A DNA stretch of 59,106 bases from an uncultured Eubacteriales bacterium. GTDB lineage: Bacteria > Bacillota > Clostridia > Oscillospirales > Oscillospiraceae. Below, in pieces: positions 1 to 10,164 of this stretch (the first letter of the stretch is position 1; each line of letters opens with the position of its first letter). The notes beneath the pieces were generated by a model. It ran no database searches. It was not told where the DNA came from and saw only the letters and a program-made list of their open reading frames with translations. The stretch covers positions 1-59,106 of the forward strand of contig URPU01000001.1 of NCBI GenBank assembly GCA_900549865.1, written 5' to 3'. The position numbers were made by a program, and so were the translations under genes.

Positions 1-1
1 T

Positions 2-379
2 GCCGGGCTTGCCGCCGGACTGGGCTTTATAAAGGAAAAGGGCCGGGAAAATATCCTTGCGCATGAACGGCGGCTCATGCGCGTCATGCGCCGCGAAATA
101 CAGGGTATAGGCGGGCTTGAGAGCTTTGCCGGAGACGGCGAGACACAGTGCGGCGTGATTTCCGTGCGCGCGGCGTGCCTGAACTGCGAGGAATTCGCCG
201 CCCGCCTTGCGCAGCGGGGGATATGCGTGCGCGCGGGACTGCACTGTGCGCCCACGGCGCACCGCAGCGCCGGTACGCTCGACACGGGCACGGTCAGATT
301 CAGCTTCTCGCCGTTTATCACGGAAGCGCAGGTGAAAATGACGGCGGATATTATAAAACAAATTTTAAACGACGATTAA
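2..379 (+). CDS. C-terminal part of a class-V aminotransferase / cysteine desulfurase-like PLP enzyme (5' end lies outside the window)
   Basis: Frame is open from the window edge. The C-terminal motif GLHCAPTAHRSAGTLDTGTVRFSFSPF is typical of the NifS/CsdA-like fold. Confidence 0.6.
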   Translation, partial: AGLAAGLGFIKEKGRENILAHERRLMRVMRREIQGIGGLESFAGDGETQCGVISVRAACLNCEEFAARLAQRGICVRAGLHCAPTAHRSAGTLDTGTVRFSFSPFITEAQVKMTADIIKQILNDD

Positions 380-470
380 TTATGTTGCCTTTTTTTGCGT
401 TATGGATTATAATATGGTGATTCAGAAAATGGGTAATTGTGCATATAACGTATGATTGGGGAAGCGGTCT

Positions 471-1355
471 ATGGAAGTGATCGGCAGCGCGCTGGAAAAG
501 GCGACGAAATATCTGATGACGATAGGTATATCGGATTTTGTGGATATAGTTATCGTTGCGTATCTTTTATATAAATTCATATGGCTTGCCCGCAAATCCA
601 ACTTCAGCAATGTTGCGAAGGGGATTGTCCTTATCATTGTCGGCCTGTGGCTTTCGGAGGTTCTTAAGCTGACGATGATAAATTACCTTCTCCGCAAGGT
701 GCTTGAGTTGGGGCTTATCGCACTGCTGATCATCTTCCAGCCAGAGCTTCGCCGTCTGCTTGAGCGCCTTGGCAGCACCTTTTCAAACGGAAAGGCGCTG
801 AACGGTACGGCCATAAACGATGTTATCACTCAGACGGTCAATGCATGTATGAGCATGTCAGAAACCCACACCGGTGCGCTTATAATTTTTGAACGCAGCG
901 TCAGCCTGACGCACATAATAAGCAACGGCACGATCATAAACTCCGACGTTTCGGCGGAGCTTCTCAAGAACATATTTTTCAAAAATGCGCCTCTGCATGA
1001 CGGCGCGGTGATCATCAGAAATATGAAGATCGCGGCGGCCGGGTGCGTCCTGCCGCTGACGGACAGGACGAATCTCAACAAGGGGCTTGGCACGCGCCAT
1101 AAGGCTGGCATCGGCATGAGTGAGAAATCTGACGCCGTGGTCGTGATAGTGTCAGAAGAGACAGGCGCTGTCTCCGTGGCGATAGACGGGATGCTCAAGC
1201 GGCATCTGACGGAGGAATCGCTCTCCAGCATATTACATACTGAGCTTGTCAAAGAACAGAACGAGGACGATAAGCACGACATAATCACTCATTTCAAAAA
1301 TTTTTTCAAGGAAAAGAATTATGAAGAAGACAAGCGTGATGAAAAAACTGTATGA
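471..1355 (+). CDS. cdaA: Diadenylate cyclase CdaA (DisA_N domain, N-terminal TM helices)
   Basis: Motifs DGAVIIRN, TRHKAGIGMSEKSDAVVVIVSEETGAVS and three N-terminal hydrophobic helices. First in-frame ATG is at 471; the ORF-track start at 456 is a TTG. Confidence 0.85.
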   Translation: MEVIGSALEKATKYLMTIGISDFVDIVIVAYLLYKFIWLARKSNFSNVAKGIVLIIVGLWLSEVLKLTMINYLLRKVLELGLIALLIIFQPELRRLLERLGSTFSNGKALNGTAINDVITQTVNACMSMSETHTGALIIFERSVSLTHIISNGTIINSDVSAELLKNIFFKNAPLHDGAVIIRNMKIAAAGCVLPLTDRTNLNKGLGTRHKAGIGMSEKSDAVVVIVSEETGAVSVAIDGMLKRHLTEESLSSILHTELVKEQNEDDKHDIITHFKNFFKEKNYEEDKRDEKTV

Positions 1356-2598
1356 AAGACTGCATGACAGCCGCGCATTCTGGATGGTGGTCTCGCTGCT
1401 TGCCTCGCTCACTATCTGGGTGTATGTCACAAGCATGCAGTCGGATCAGTATACAAGTACCTTCCGCAATGTTGAGGTCTCCCTTGTCGGGGAGGACGAG
1501 CTTCGCACGTCGAAGAACATGGTCATAACCGACCTTGACACCTCCACTGTCACGGTGCAAGTGACCGGCCCGCGGCGTATCGTCGCCGGGCTCGACGCGT
1601 CGGATATCAAGGCCTGTGTGGATGTCAGCAAGCTTTCCCGTTCCGCGTACACGACGCAGCAGTATTATATCTCCTATCCGGAGGGGACCGACACCTCCAA
1701 CATTGACGACATCAGTCGCTCCCCGTCAACGATAAGCTTCATGGTCTCGCCGCTGAACACTAAGACGGTCCAGGTCCGCGGCAGCTTTGACGGCTCTCTC
1801 GCGGAGGGGTACACGGCGGAAACGCCCGTGTTTGAACCGGCGACGATCACAGTCTCCGGTGCGGACGCGTATCTGAAGGACGTGTCCTATGCGTGGGTGA
1901 GCTTCGGCAAGGAGGATGTTGACAGCACCTATAAGGTGGAGACGGGCTTTACGCTGATGAACGAGAACGGGCAGGAATGCTCCACCGTCGGACTTACATG
2001 CTCTGAGGATGTCGTCACGGCCACTCTGCCGCTGCTGCTGGTGAAGGAAGTGCCGCTTTCGGTGGATGTTATCGAGGGCGCAGGCGCGACGAAGGCCAAC
2101 ACCAAGATAAAGGTCGAGCCGGACAGCATCACCCTCGCGGGCGACTCGTCGCTGCTGACGGGGATGAACAAGATAGTCCTCGACACCATTGACCTTACGG
2201 ACTTCACCTCGACGTTCAGCGAGACGTATACTATCCCCATAGATAACCAGATGAACAACCTCACCGGCGTGACGGAGGCCAAGGTCACGGTCGAGGTCGT
2301 CGGTCTTGAGACGAGGACATATAAGGTCAAGAATATCTCCTGCATCAACGTCACGAACGGCTTCACGGCCGATATCATATCTGAAAGCATCGATGTTGTG
2401 ATCCGCGGCACGCCGGAGAGGCTTGATGAGCTCAAGGGCGACAATATCCGCGCCGTCGCGGACCTGACCGATTACAACGAATCGACCGGCCAGTTCATGC
2501 CCACCGTCAAAATCGTGGTGGACGGCTTTACGGATGTGGGCGCGGTCAAGCCCTCCTCCGGTGATTATACGATTTCAATTGAGATAAGAAAGGCCTGA
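1321..2598 (+). CDS. cdaR: CdaA regulatory protein CdaR (YbbR-like repeat protein)
   Basis: Overlaps the cdaA 3' end. Has an N-terminal TM helix followed by repeated beta-rich YbbR-type segments, in the canonical position after cdaA. Confidence 0.7.
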   Translation: MKKTSVMKKLYERLHDSRAFWMVVSLLASLTIWVYVTSMQSDQYTSTFRNVEVSLVGEDELRTSKNMVITDLDTSTVTVQVTGPRRIVAGLDASDIKACVDVSKLSRSAYTTQQYYISYPEGTDTSNIDDISRSPSTISFMVSPLNTKTVQVRGSFDGSLAEGYTAETPVFEPATITVSGADAYLKDVSYAWVSFGKEDVDSTYKVETGFTLMNENGQECSTVGLTCSEDVVTATLPLLLVKEVPLSVDVIEGAGATKANTKIKVEPDSITLAGDSSLLTGMNKIVLDTIDLTDFTSTFSETYTIPIDNQMNNLTGVTEAKVTVEVVGLETRTYKVKNISCINVTNGFTADIISESIDVVIRGTPERLDELKGDNIRAVADLTDYNESTGQFMPTVKIVVDGFTDVGAVKPSSGDYTISIEIRKA

Positions 2599-2600
2599 AC

Positions 2601-3023
2601 ATGACAAACGAAGGTGTAGTTACAAAGCTTTTGCCGAACGGCATGGCAGAGGTCGCCGTCACGCGTGCGACTGCCTGCGGCGGAAGCTGCGGCAGCTGCG
2701 AGGGCTGCATGTATCAGAACGAAATGAAGGCCGCCGCAAAAAACCTTGTTGGGGCAAAGCCGGGGCAGAAGGTCGTTATTGAAAGCCGCTCCTCCGTGAT
2801 ATTCAACGCCGCGCTGCTTGTGTATATCATGCCGTTGGTGTTCTTTATCGGTGGCTACGCGCTGGCGTATGCGCTCGGCGCGCTGGAGGGCGTCCGCATT
2901 GCCGTCAGCTTTGCGTTTCTTGCGGTCAGCGCTGTTGTGCTGGTCGTCACCCAGCGCAGCAAAAAGCGTGAACCTATCAATTTCAATATAATCGAGATAT
3001 GTGAGGACGGACAGAATGATTAA
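2601..3023 (+). CDS. RseC/MucC-family (SoxR-reducing system) membrane protein
   Basis: N-terminal Cys cluster ACGGSCGSCEGC followed by two TM helices. Starts 3 nt after the cdaR stop. Confidence 0.6.
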   Translation: MTNEGVVTKLLPNGMAEVAVTRATACGGSCGSCEGCMYQNEMKAAAKNLVGAKPGQKVVIESRSSVIFNAALLVYIMPLVFFIGGYALAYALGALEGVRIAVSFAFLAVSAVVLVVTQRSKKREPINFNIIEICEDGQND

Positions 3024-3894
3024 AAGCATGACTGGCTATGGCAGCGCCAAGGGTCAGACCGGCGGGCTGGAGATAACGGTTGAGCTTAAAAGCGTCAATA
3101 ACCGCTATCTTGACACCTCCGTCAGACTGCCGCGCAGCTTTCTGTTTGCGGAGGACGCGGTCAAATCCGCTGTACAGGCGCATATAAGCCGCGGCAAGGT
3201 CGATGTGTTTGTTTCGATCGACACCTCCCTTGCCGATGATATGACCGTGAAGGTCAATGAGCCGCTTTTGAAGGGCTATATCGAGGCGATCCGCCATATT
3301 TCCGAGGAGTACTCATTGGCAAACGATCTCACGGCGCTCAGCGTCAGCCGCTTTCCAGATGTGCTTTCCGTCGAGAAAAAGGATCTGGACGCGGAGGCCA
3401 TATCCGCCGCGCTTTGCGAAGTGACGGAGCGCGCCCTGTGCGATTTTGACGCGATGCGTCTGCGCGAGGGCGAGAAGCTGAGAGACGATGTTCTCAGCCG
3501 GTTGGAAACTATCGACGCGCTGGTCTCGACGGTCGAGCGCGAGTCGCCCAAAACCGTTGCGGAGTACAGAAGCCGGCTTGAGCAGAAAATGGCGGAGGTG
3601 CTGGGCACGGCGGGCATAGATGAAAGCCGCATCCTTGCGGAGGCGGCGCTCTTTGCCGACCATATCGCCGTGGACGAGGAGACCGTCCGTCTGCGCAGTC
3701 ATATGGCGCAGCTCAGAACCATGATAAACGGCAACTCCCCGACGGGCAGAAAAATTGATTTTCTCATTCAGGAATTCAACCGCGAGGCGAACACGATCGG
3801 TTCAAAATGCCAGAATTCCGACATTGCGCATGTGGTCGTTGACCTTAAATCCGAGATAGAAAAGATCCGCGAACAGATACAGAACATAGAATGA
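3016..3894 (+). CDS. yicC: YicC/YloC-family stress-induced protein
   Basis: N-terminus [17 protein letters not shown] motif and C-terminal DUF1732-like [12 protein letters not shown]. Synteny with remA-gmk-rpoZ. Confidence 0.8.
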   Translation: MIKSMTGYGSAKGQTGGLEITVELKSVNNRYLDTSVRLPRSFLFAEDAVKSAVQAHISRGKVDVFVSIDTSLADDMTVKVNEPLLKGYIEAIRHISEEYSLANDLTALSVSRFPDVLSVEKKDLDAEAISAALCEVTERALCDFDAMRLREGEKLRDDVLSRLETIDALVSTVERESPKTVAEYRSRLEQKMAEVLGTAGIDESRILAEAALFADHIAVDEETVRLRSHMAQLRTMINGNSPTGRKIDFLIQEFNREANTIGSKCQNSDIAHVVVDLKSEIEKIREQIQNIE

Positions 3895-3904
3895 GGGCCG
3901 GCAG

Positions 3905-4171
3905 ATGAAGCTAGTTGCGATCGGGTTCGGCAACCTTGTTTCTGTTGAGCGTATCATTTCCATAGTCAGTCCGGAATCTGCGCCGATAAAGCGCATGATA
4001 CAGGACGTGCGGGAAAAGGGGCTTTTGATAGACGCGTCGTTTGGCAGAAGCACAAGGTCCGTTATCGTTATGGACAGCGGAAACATAATTTTGTCTGCAA
4101 TACCGCCGGAAACGCTGGCGGCGAGGATCGAGGATAAAACCGAAGAGGAGGATATCAGGGGAAATGAATGA
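3905..4171 (+). CDS. remA: DUF370 / RemA-family regulator
   Basis: 88 aa, [30 protein letters not shown]. Same yloC-remA-gmk-rpoZ order as Bacillus. Confidence 0.75.
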   Translation: MKLVAIGFGNLVSVERIISIVSPESAPIKRMIQDVREKGLLIDASFGRSTRSVIVMDSGNIILSAIPPETLAARIEDKTEEEDIRGNE

Positions 4172-4766
4172 GAAGGGCAAGCTTTTTGTAATTTCGGGCC
4201 CGTCCGGCGCAGGGAAGAGCACCGTTGTTTTCAAGGCCATAGAGGAGCGCGAAAACGTCTGCTTTTCCACATCCGTCACGACGCGCAAGCCGCGCCCGAG
4301 TGAGCAGGACGGCAGAGAGTATTTCTTTGTCGAGCTTGACAGATTTCAGGAGATGGTGGATAATGATGAGCTTCTGGAATACGCCGAGTACGTGGCCAAC
4401 CGCTACGGCACGCCGCGCGCCTATGTTGAGGACAAGCTCAACGCCGGTATAGACGTCATCCTCGATATCGAGGTGCAGGGCGCGCGTCAGGTCAACACGA
4501 AGAAGCCGGACGCCGTGAAGATATTCATAATCCCGCCCTCCATGGAGGAACTGCGGCGCAGACTTGAAAACCGCGGCACCGATACCGCGCGCGCCATTGA
4601 GGCGCGGCTCATCCGCGCCCGTCAGGAATACGCCGAGGCGAATTTCTATGACTACATCATCGTGAATGATGACGCGGACAAGGCGGCGGCGGAGCTTTCC
4701 GCCATCATGACGGCCGAACGCTGCCGCGCATCCGGCCGTGAAGAGCTTCTTAAAAACCCGCGGTAA
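4164..4766 (+). CDS. gmk: Guanylate kinase
   Basis: P-loop [31 protein letters not shown]. Confidence 0.9.
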   Translation: MNEKGKLFVISGPSGAGKSTVVFKAIEERENVCFSTSVTTRKPRPSEQDGREYFFVELDRFQEMVDNDELLEYAEYVANRYGTPRAYVEDKLNAGIDVILDIEVQGARQVNTKKPDAVKIFIIPPSMEELRRRLENRGTDTARAIEARLIRARQEYAEANFYDYIIVNDDADKAAAELSAIMTAERCRASGREELLKNPR

Positions 4767-4845
4767 ATATAAACCTGTAAGCTGTTAAATTTATTAATAT
4801 ATTTGTGTATAACTGCGTTCAGCAGAAGAATGGAGATTGATTATT

Positions 4846-5034
4846 ATGATGCTTTATCCCCCCGTGGCAGAACTGGTCGAAAAAGTAGGCAGCCGCTATC
4901 AGCTTGTCAACCTTGTTGCGCGCAGGGCGCGCCAAATCGCCGCCGACGCCGAAGAGAAGCAGATGCCGCTTGACAAAAAGCCTGTTTCCGCAGCGATTGA
5001 CGAGGTCTATACCGGCAAGCTCACGATAAAGTAA
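4846..5034 (+). CDS. rpoZ: DNA-directed RNA polymerase subunit omega
   Basis: MMLYPPVAELVEKVGSRYQLVNLVARRARQI. GGAG lies 9 nt upstream of the ATG at 4846. Confidence 0.85.
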   Translation: MMLYPPVAELVEKVGSRYQLVNLVARRARQIAADAEEKQMPLDKKPVSAAIDEVYTGKLTIK

Positions 5035-5038
5035 GTGT

Positions 5039-5067
5039 AAGCGGGGCTGCTGCCCCGCTTGAATTTT
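5039..5067 (+). terminator. Rho-independent terminator after rpoZ
   Basis: AAGCGGGGC-tgct-GCCCCGCTT followed by gaATTTT. Confidence 0.6.
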
Positions 5068-5103
5068 CTGCGGTCATATACAATGCGGCGGGGAGGGAAG
5101 CAC

Positions 5104-7353
5104 GTGGCGGACCGGATCGCTAAAATCGCGGTTTCGGCCGCGACATACTGGATAGACAGACCCTACGACTATCTCATCCCGCTTGAGCTGGAGGACAAGG
5201 TCTGCGCGGGAATGCGCGTGTTCGTGCCGTTTTCAAACGGCAATAGGAAAAGCGAGGGGATAGTCCTCGCCGTGACGGAGCACAGCAGCTATTCCCGGCT
5301 TAAGCCCATTCTCGCCGTGATAGATGAGCAGCCCGTCCTCAGCGCGGAGCTTATAAAGCTTGCGCTTTTTATGAGAGAGCGCTTCTTCTGCACGGTATAC
5401 GAGGCGGCAAAGGCCATGCTTCCTGCTGGGCTGTGGATAAATGACGACGGCAAGACCCGCGTTCAGGATAAGACGGTCGAAATGGCGCGCCTCGCCGTTC
5501 CGGCGGCTGACGCGCTTGCCGCCGCGGAAGCGAAGCGGCGGCGCTCAAAGCAGCAGGCGGCCATGCTTGAGGAGCTGTGCGCATTTGAGGCGCTGCCCAG
5601 CGGTGAGCTTATGAGGCATCTTGGCGCGTCGCGCGCATCCATTACTGCACTGCAAAAAAGCGGCCTCGTCGAGCTTTACCGGCGGGAGGTTTTCCGCCGC
5701 CCGGAGATACATATCGGCGAGTTGGAGCCGCTTCCGGTGCTCAATCAGGCGCAGCAGAAGGCCTATGATGGCATAAACGCGCTGCTTTTATCAGGTACTG
5801 CCCACGCGGCGCTTCTGCATGGCGTGACGGGCAGCGGAAAGACGAGCGTGTACATCCACCTTATCCACAGCTGCCTCTCCGCGGGAAAAAGCGCGATACT
5901 TCTCGTGCCGGAAATTGCGCTCACGCCGCAGATGCTGAAAACATTTTCCTCTCACTTCGGCGACAATATTGCTGTGCTGCACAGCAGCCTCTCCACCGGC
6001 GAGCGTTACGACGAGTGGAAGCGCGTCAAGCGCGGAAGTGCGCGCGTTGTCATCGGCACGCGCAGCGCGATATTCGCGCCGGTCGAAGCACCGGGGCTTA
6101 TAATTATCGACGAGGAGCAGGAGGAGACGTACAAATCCGAGAATAATCCCCGCTATAACGCAAAGGACATTGCAAAATTCCGCTGCGCAAGATCCGGCGG
6201 GCTGCTGCTTCTCGGCTCGGCGACGCCGGATATCGTGAGCCGGTACAACGCAGAAACGGGAAAGTACGCATATTTCCGCCTTGATTCACGCTATAACGAT
6301 ATGCGCCTTCCTGATGTGCGCATCGTCGATATGAAGCGCGAGCTTCGCCGCGGCAACGGCGGAAACATAAGCTCCGTCCTGCGCGACGAGCTGACTGAAA
6401 ATATCAGCCGCGGTGAACAGAGCATCCTTTTCCTCAACCGCCGCGGCACGAACAAGCTTATAAGCTGCGGCGAGTGCGGCTATACTTACAAATGCCCGCG
6501 GTGCAGCGTTTCCCTGACCTATCACAGCACAAATGGCCGGTTGATGTGCCACTACTGCGGCTATTCGCGGCCGCTGGACGCAGTCTGCCCGGACTGCGGC
6601 GGACAGCTCAGCTTTATCGGCGCTGGAACACAGCTCGTTGTGGAGGAGCTTGAGGAGCTTTTCCCGGGAACGGAGATCCTGCGCATGGATACAGACTCCG
6701 TCGCGCCCGTCGGCTCGCATGAGCTGCTTTTTGAGCGCTTCCGGAATGAGAACATCCCCATAATGGTCGGCACGCAGATGGTCACCAAGGGGCTGAATTT
6801 TGAAAATGTCACGCTTGTCGGCGTTATTTCGGCGGATCAGAGCCTTTATGCCGGTGATTACCGCGCCGGGGAGAGGACGTTTTCCCTCATCACACAGGTC
6901 GTCGGCAGAAGCGGACGCGGCACAAAGCCGGGCCGCGCCGTGATACAGACCTTTACCCCGCAGAATGAGACCATTCTGCAGGCCGCACAGCAGGATTTTG
7001 ACGCCTTTTACACATCCGAGATAGAGCTGCGCCGCCTGCACGGTCTGCCGCCATTTTCCCAGCTTTTTTCCGTGACGGCCTCCGGGCAGACGGAAGAGCA
7101 GGTCGTCGGGGCGTGCCGGTATATCCGCAGCTACTTCGACATGGTGCTGAAAGGGCGGAATGACTGCATCGCGCTCGGGCCGACACCGCTTGCGGTGGTT
7201 AAGGTCAACAACCGCTACAGATACCGCGTCAACCTTTGCTGTGCATCCGATAAGGAGATACGCGGCCTTATCTCGCAGATAGTTATAGAATGCAGCACTG
7301 ACAAGCGCTTCAAGGGCGTTTCGGTATACGCCGACAACGACCCGTTAGACTGA
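5104..7353 (+). CDS. priA: Primosomal protein N' (replication restart helicase PriA)
   Basis: Walker A GVTGSGKT, DEEQE box and the Cys4 zinc-finger pair CGECGYTYKCPRCS / CHYCGY...CPDCG. GTG at 5104 has GGAGG 7 nt upstream; an alternative ATG lies at 5083. The ORF-track start at 5059 lies inside the rpoZ terminator. Confidence 0.9.
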   Translation: MADRIAKIAVSAATYWIDRPYDYLIPLELEDKVCAGMRVFVPFSNGNRKSEGIVLAVTEHSSYSRLKPILAVIDEQPVLSAELIKLALFMRERFFCTVYEAAKAMLPAGLWINDDGKTRVQDKTVEMARLAVPAADALAAAEAKRRRSKQQAAMLEELCAFEALPSGELMRHLGASRASITALQKSGLVELYRREVFRRPEIHIGELEPLPVLNQAQQKAYDGINALLLSGTAHAALLHGVTGSGKTSVYIHLIHSCLSAGKSAILLVPEIALTPQMLKTFSSHFGDNIAVLHSSLSTGERYDEWKRVKRGSARVVIGTRSAIFAPVEAPGLIIIDEEQEETYKSENNPRYNAKDIAKFRCARSGGLLLLGSATPDIVSRYNAETGKYAYFRLDSRYNDMRLPDVRIVDMKRELRRGNGGNISSVLRDELTENISRGEQSILFLNRRGTNKLISCGECGYTYKCPRCSVSLTYHSTNGRLMCHYCGYSRPLDAVCPDCGGQLSFIGAGTQLVVEELEELFPGTEILRMDTDSVAPVGSHELLFERFRNENIPIMVGTQMVTKGLNFENVTLVGVISADQSLYAGDYRAGERTFSLITQVVGRSGRGTKPGRAVIQTFTPQNETILQAAQQDFDAFYTSEIELRRLHGLPPFSQLFSVTASGQTEEQVVGACRYIRSYFDMVLKGRNDCIALGPTPLAVVKVNNRYRYRVNLCCASDKEIRGLISQIVIECSTDKRFKGVSVYADNDPLD

Positions 7354-7418
7354 GACCCGTTGTGCGCCGGCCGGTGGCCGGGCGGCACATAAAAATATAA
7401 ACCGAACAGGAGATAAAA

Positions 7419-7919
7419 ATGGCACTGAGAAATATAATCACGCAGGAACAGCCCACCCTTTATAAAAAAAGCCGTGTCGTGACGGACTTCAACGACAGAC
7501 TTGCCCAGCTTCTGGACGATATGCGCGACACGCTTGCGGAATCCGGCGGCGTCGGGCTTGCCGCGGTCCAGGTCGGCGTGCTGCGCCGTGCTGTCCTCGT
7601 CGTTGAGACCAATGTGCCGGAGGGCGAGGAAGAGTATGTTATCGAGCTTATAAATCCCGAAGTCATAGAGGCCTCCGGCGAGCAGGAGGGGGCGGAGGGC
7701 TGCCTCAGCTTCCCCGGGGAATATGGCATTGTCAAGCGCCCGATGCATGTAAAGGTCAGGGCGCAGGACAGGCATGGCGAGTGGTTCGAGGTCGAGGGCG
7801 ATGGCCTCACGGCGCGCTGCTTCTGCCATGAGATAGACCACCTTGACGGCGTTGTTTTTACGGATAAGTGCGAGCGTATGCTCACAGAGGACGAGCTTGA
7901 GAACGGAGAAACTGACTGA
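7419..7919 (+). CDS. def: Peptide deformylase
   Basis: Motifs GVGLAAVQVG, EGCLSFPG, HEIDHLDG. Confidence 0.9.
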   Translation: MALRNIITQEQPTLYKKSRVVTDFNDRLAQLLDDMRDTLAESGGVGLAAVQVGVLRRAVLVVETNVPEGEEEYVIELINPEVIEASGEQEGAEGCLSFPGEYGIVKRPMHVKVRAQDRHGEWFEVEGDGLTARCFCHEIDHLDGVVFTDKCERMLTEDELENGETD

Positions 7920-8842
7920 TGCGCATCGTTTTTATGGGCACGCCGGATTTCGCGGCGGCCTCTCTGCAAAGGCTTATAGATGAAAAGTTCGACATTGCCG
8001 GCGTGTTCACGCAGCCGGACAAGCCGAAGGGGCGCGGGATGGAGCTTGCGTATTCTCCCGTGAAGGAGCTTGCGCTTGCAAACGGGCTGCCGGTATATCA
8101 GCCCGCGAAAATGCGCGACGGAACGGCGCTGGAGATCATCAAGGAGCTTGAGCCGGATATCCTTGCCGTCGTCGCCTACGGGCGCATTCTGCCGGACGAT
8201 ATCCTTGCCGTGCCGCGCTATGGCGCTGTGAACGTTCACGGCTCTCTTCTGCCAAAATACAGGGGGGCAGCGCCGATACAGTGGGCCGTGCTCAACGGCG
8301 ACAAGGTCACTGGCGTCAGCACCATGTACCTTGCAAGCGAGATGGACACCGGCGACGTGATATATACCGCCGAGACCGAGATCGGCGAGTTTGAGACCTC
8401 CGGGGAGCTCTTCGACCGGCTGAAGGTCATGGGGGCGGAGCTGCTTTGCAGAACTCTGCGCGATATCGACTCCGGCATCGCGCCCAGAACGCCGCAGGAG
8501 CATGACAAGGCAAGCTATGTGAAGATGCTGGATAAAAGCCTTTCGCCGATAGACTGGAACAAGGACGCGCGCGGCGTGATAAAGTGGATATACGGCATGC
8601 AGCCGTGGCCCGTCGCAACGGCGGAGCTGGACGGCGCGGTCTATAAGATCTTCGCGGCCGCGTATACGGATACGCACACGGATAAGGCGCCCGGTGCCAT
8701 TGTTGCCACGGGGAAGGACGGCATTGAGGTCGCCTGCGGCGGTGGAGAGACCGTCATGATAAAAGAGCTTCAGGCCCCCGGAAAGAAGCGCATGAGCGTC
8801 GCCGATTTTCTTCGCGGCCACAGCATAAAGCTTTCGGATTGA
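7919..8842 (+). CDS. fmt: Methionyl-tRNA formyltransferase
   Basis: MRIVFMGTPDFA, NVHGSLLPKYRGAAPIQ. Overlaps the def stop (TGATG). Confidence 0.9.
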   Translation: MRIVFMGTPDFAAASLQRLIDEKFDIAGVFTQPDKPKGRGMELAYSPVKELALANGLPVYQPAKMRDGTALEIIKELEPDILAVVAYGRILPDDILAVPRYGAVNVHGSLLPKYRGAAPIQWAVLNGDKVTGVSTMYLASEMDTGDVIYTAETEIGEFETSGELFDRLKVMGAELLCRTLRDIDSGIAPRTPQEHDKASYVKMLDKSLSPIDWNKDARGVIKWIYGMQPWPVATAELDGAVYKIFAAAYTDTHTDKAPGAIVATGKDGIEVACGGGETVMIKELQAPGKKRMSVADFLRGHSIKLSD

Positions 8843-10164
8843 TGCAGATGGGAGCGAGAGATGCGGCGCTTGCCGCGCTGGAGAAGTGCCGCCGCGACGA
8901 CGCGTGGTCTGGGGCCGCGATAGACGGCGTCATAAAGACTGCCGGGCTTGAAGCGCGCGACGCCGCGCTTGCGGCGCGGTTATGCCTCGGCGTGCTGCAG
9001 AATTCAAGACTCTGCGATTTTTATATCGACTGCTATTGCAGTCAGAACGCGAAAAAGCTGGAGCCGAAGCTGCGCGATATTCTGCGTCTCGGCGTATATC
9101 AGCTTTTGTTCCTCGACAAAATACCCGCCCGCGCGGCTGTGAATGAGAGCGTCGCGCTGTGCCGCGCCTGCGGCCTCAGCCGTGCCGCAGGACTTGCGAA
9201 CGCCGTGCTGCGCCGGGTGAGCGAAAACATATCCGCGCTTCCGGATATCCCGAATGTGGGAAGCGAGGAACATTTGTCCATAAAATACAGTCATCCTGGG
9301 TGGATGGTCTCCCAGCTTATTGAGGAGCAGGGCTATGCGTTCACGGAGGATTTCCTGCGCTGCTGCAACACGCCGCCCAGTCTTGATATTCAGGTGAACA
9401 CGCTGAAGGTCTCGACGGCGGATTATATCCGTGCGCTTGCCCGCACCGGCACAGAGTATAAAAGCTTAGATTTCCCCGCCGGATGCATAGAGCTTCACGG
9501 CGGAAGCGTGCAGACCCTGCCGGGCTATGAGGAAGGGCTTTTTTACGTGCAGGATGCCGCCGCGCGTGCAGCGGTCGAGATAGCCGCGCCGAGGCCGGGC
9601 ATGACCGTGCTCGACGCGTGCTCCGCCCCCGGCGGAAAGGCGTTTTCCGCGGCGCTGCGCATGGAGAATGCGGGGCGCATTCTCGCCTGTGATATTCACG
9701 AGAAAAAGCTGCGCCTCATAAGGCAGGGGGCGGAACGCCTCGGCATAGAAATCATCTCCGCGCAGCAGCGCGACGCGAGAGTGCCTGATAAGGCGCTTGA
9801 GGGCGGGTTTGACCTCGTCATTGCAGACGTGCCGTGCTCCGGCCTCGGCGTGATACGAAAGAAGCCAGAGATAAGGACGAAGAGCCGCGCCGACGTGGAA
9901 GCCCTGCCGCAGATACAGCTTGATATACTGAGCAACCTCTCTCATTTCGTGCGCCCCGGCGGCGTGCTTCTGTATTCCACATGCACGGTGCTGCGCGCCG
10001 AGAATGAGGGCGTGGTGGAGAGATTTCTTGAGCATAACGGGCATTTTGCCCCGACGGCGTTTACACTTGGGCCGCGCGCGGTCGAGAGCGGCATGTACAC
10101 ATTCTGGCCCAATGTTGACGGAACAGACGGATTTTTTGCAGCGAAGCTGATAAGGAAAGCATAA
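8842..10164 (+). CDS. rsmB: 16S rRNA (cytosine967-C5)-methyltransferase RsmB/Sun
   Basis: N-terminal NusB-like domain, SAM motif DACSAPGGK, catalytic PCSGLGVIRKKPE and YSTCT. ATG overlaps the fmt stop. Confidence 0.85.
   Translation: MQMGARDAALAALEKCRRDDAWSGAAIDGVIKTAGLEARDAALAARLCLGVLQNSRLCDFYIDCYCSQNAKKLEPKLRDILRLGVYQLLFLDKIPARAAVNESVALCRACGLSRAAGLANAVLRRVSENISALPDIPNVGSEEHLSIKYSHPGWMVSQLIEEQGYAFTEDFLRCCNTPPSLDIQVNTLKVSTADYIRALARTGTEYKSLDFPAGCIELHGGSVQTLPGYEEGLFYVQDAAARAAVEIAAPRPGMTVLDACSAPGGKAFSAALRMENAGRILACDIHEKKLRLIRQGAERLGIEIISAQQRDARVPDKALEGGFDLVIADVPCSGLGVIRKKPEIRTKSRADVEALPQIQLDILSNLSHFVRPGGVLLYSTCTVLRAENEGVVERFLEHNGHFAPTAFTLGPRAVESGMYTFWPNVDGTDGFFAAKLIRKA

Noticed and set aside
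7460-8821. A 453-aa ORF antisense to def/fmt. Similar long shadow ORFs occur at 30014..30964, 31082..32371, 28634..29653, 38987..39820, 45723..46790, 46869..47624, 47978..48823, 56212..57699, 16511..17275, 21542..22570 and 36908..37852.
   Set aside because: These are high-GC shadow frames opposite genes with unmistakable family motifs. Their translations are Arg/Ala/Gly-rich low-complexity sequence with no RBS or recognisable domains.
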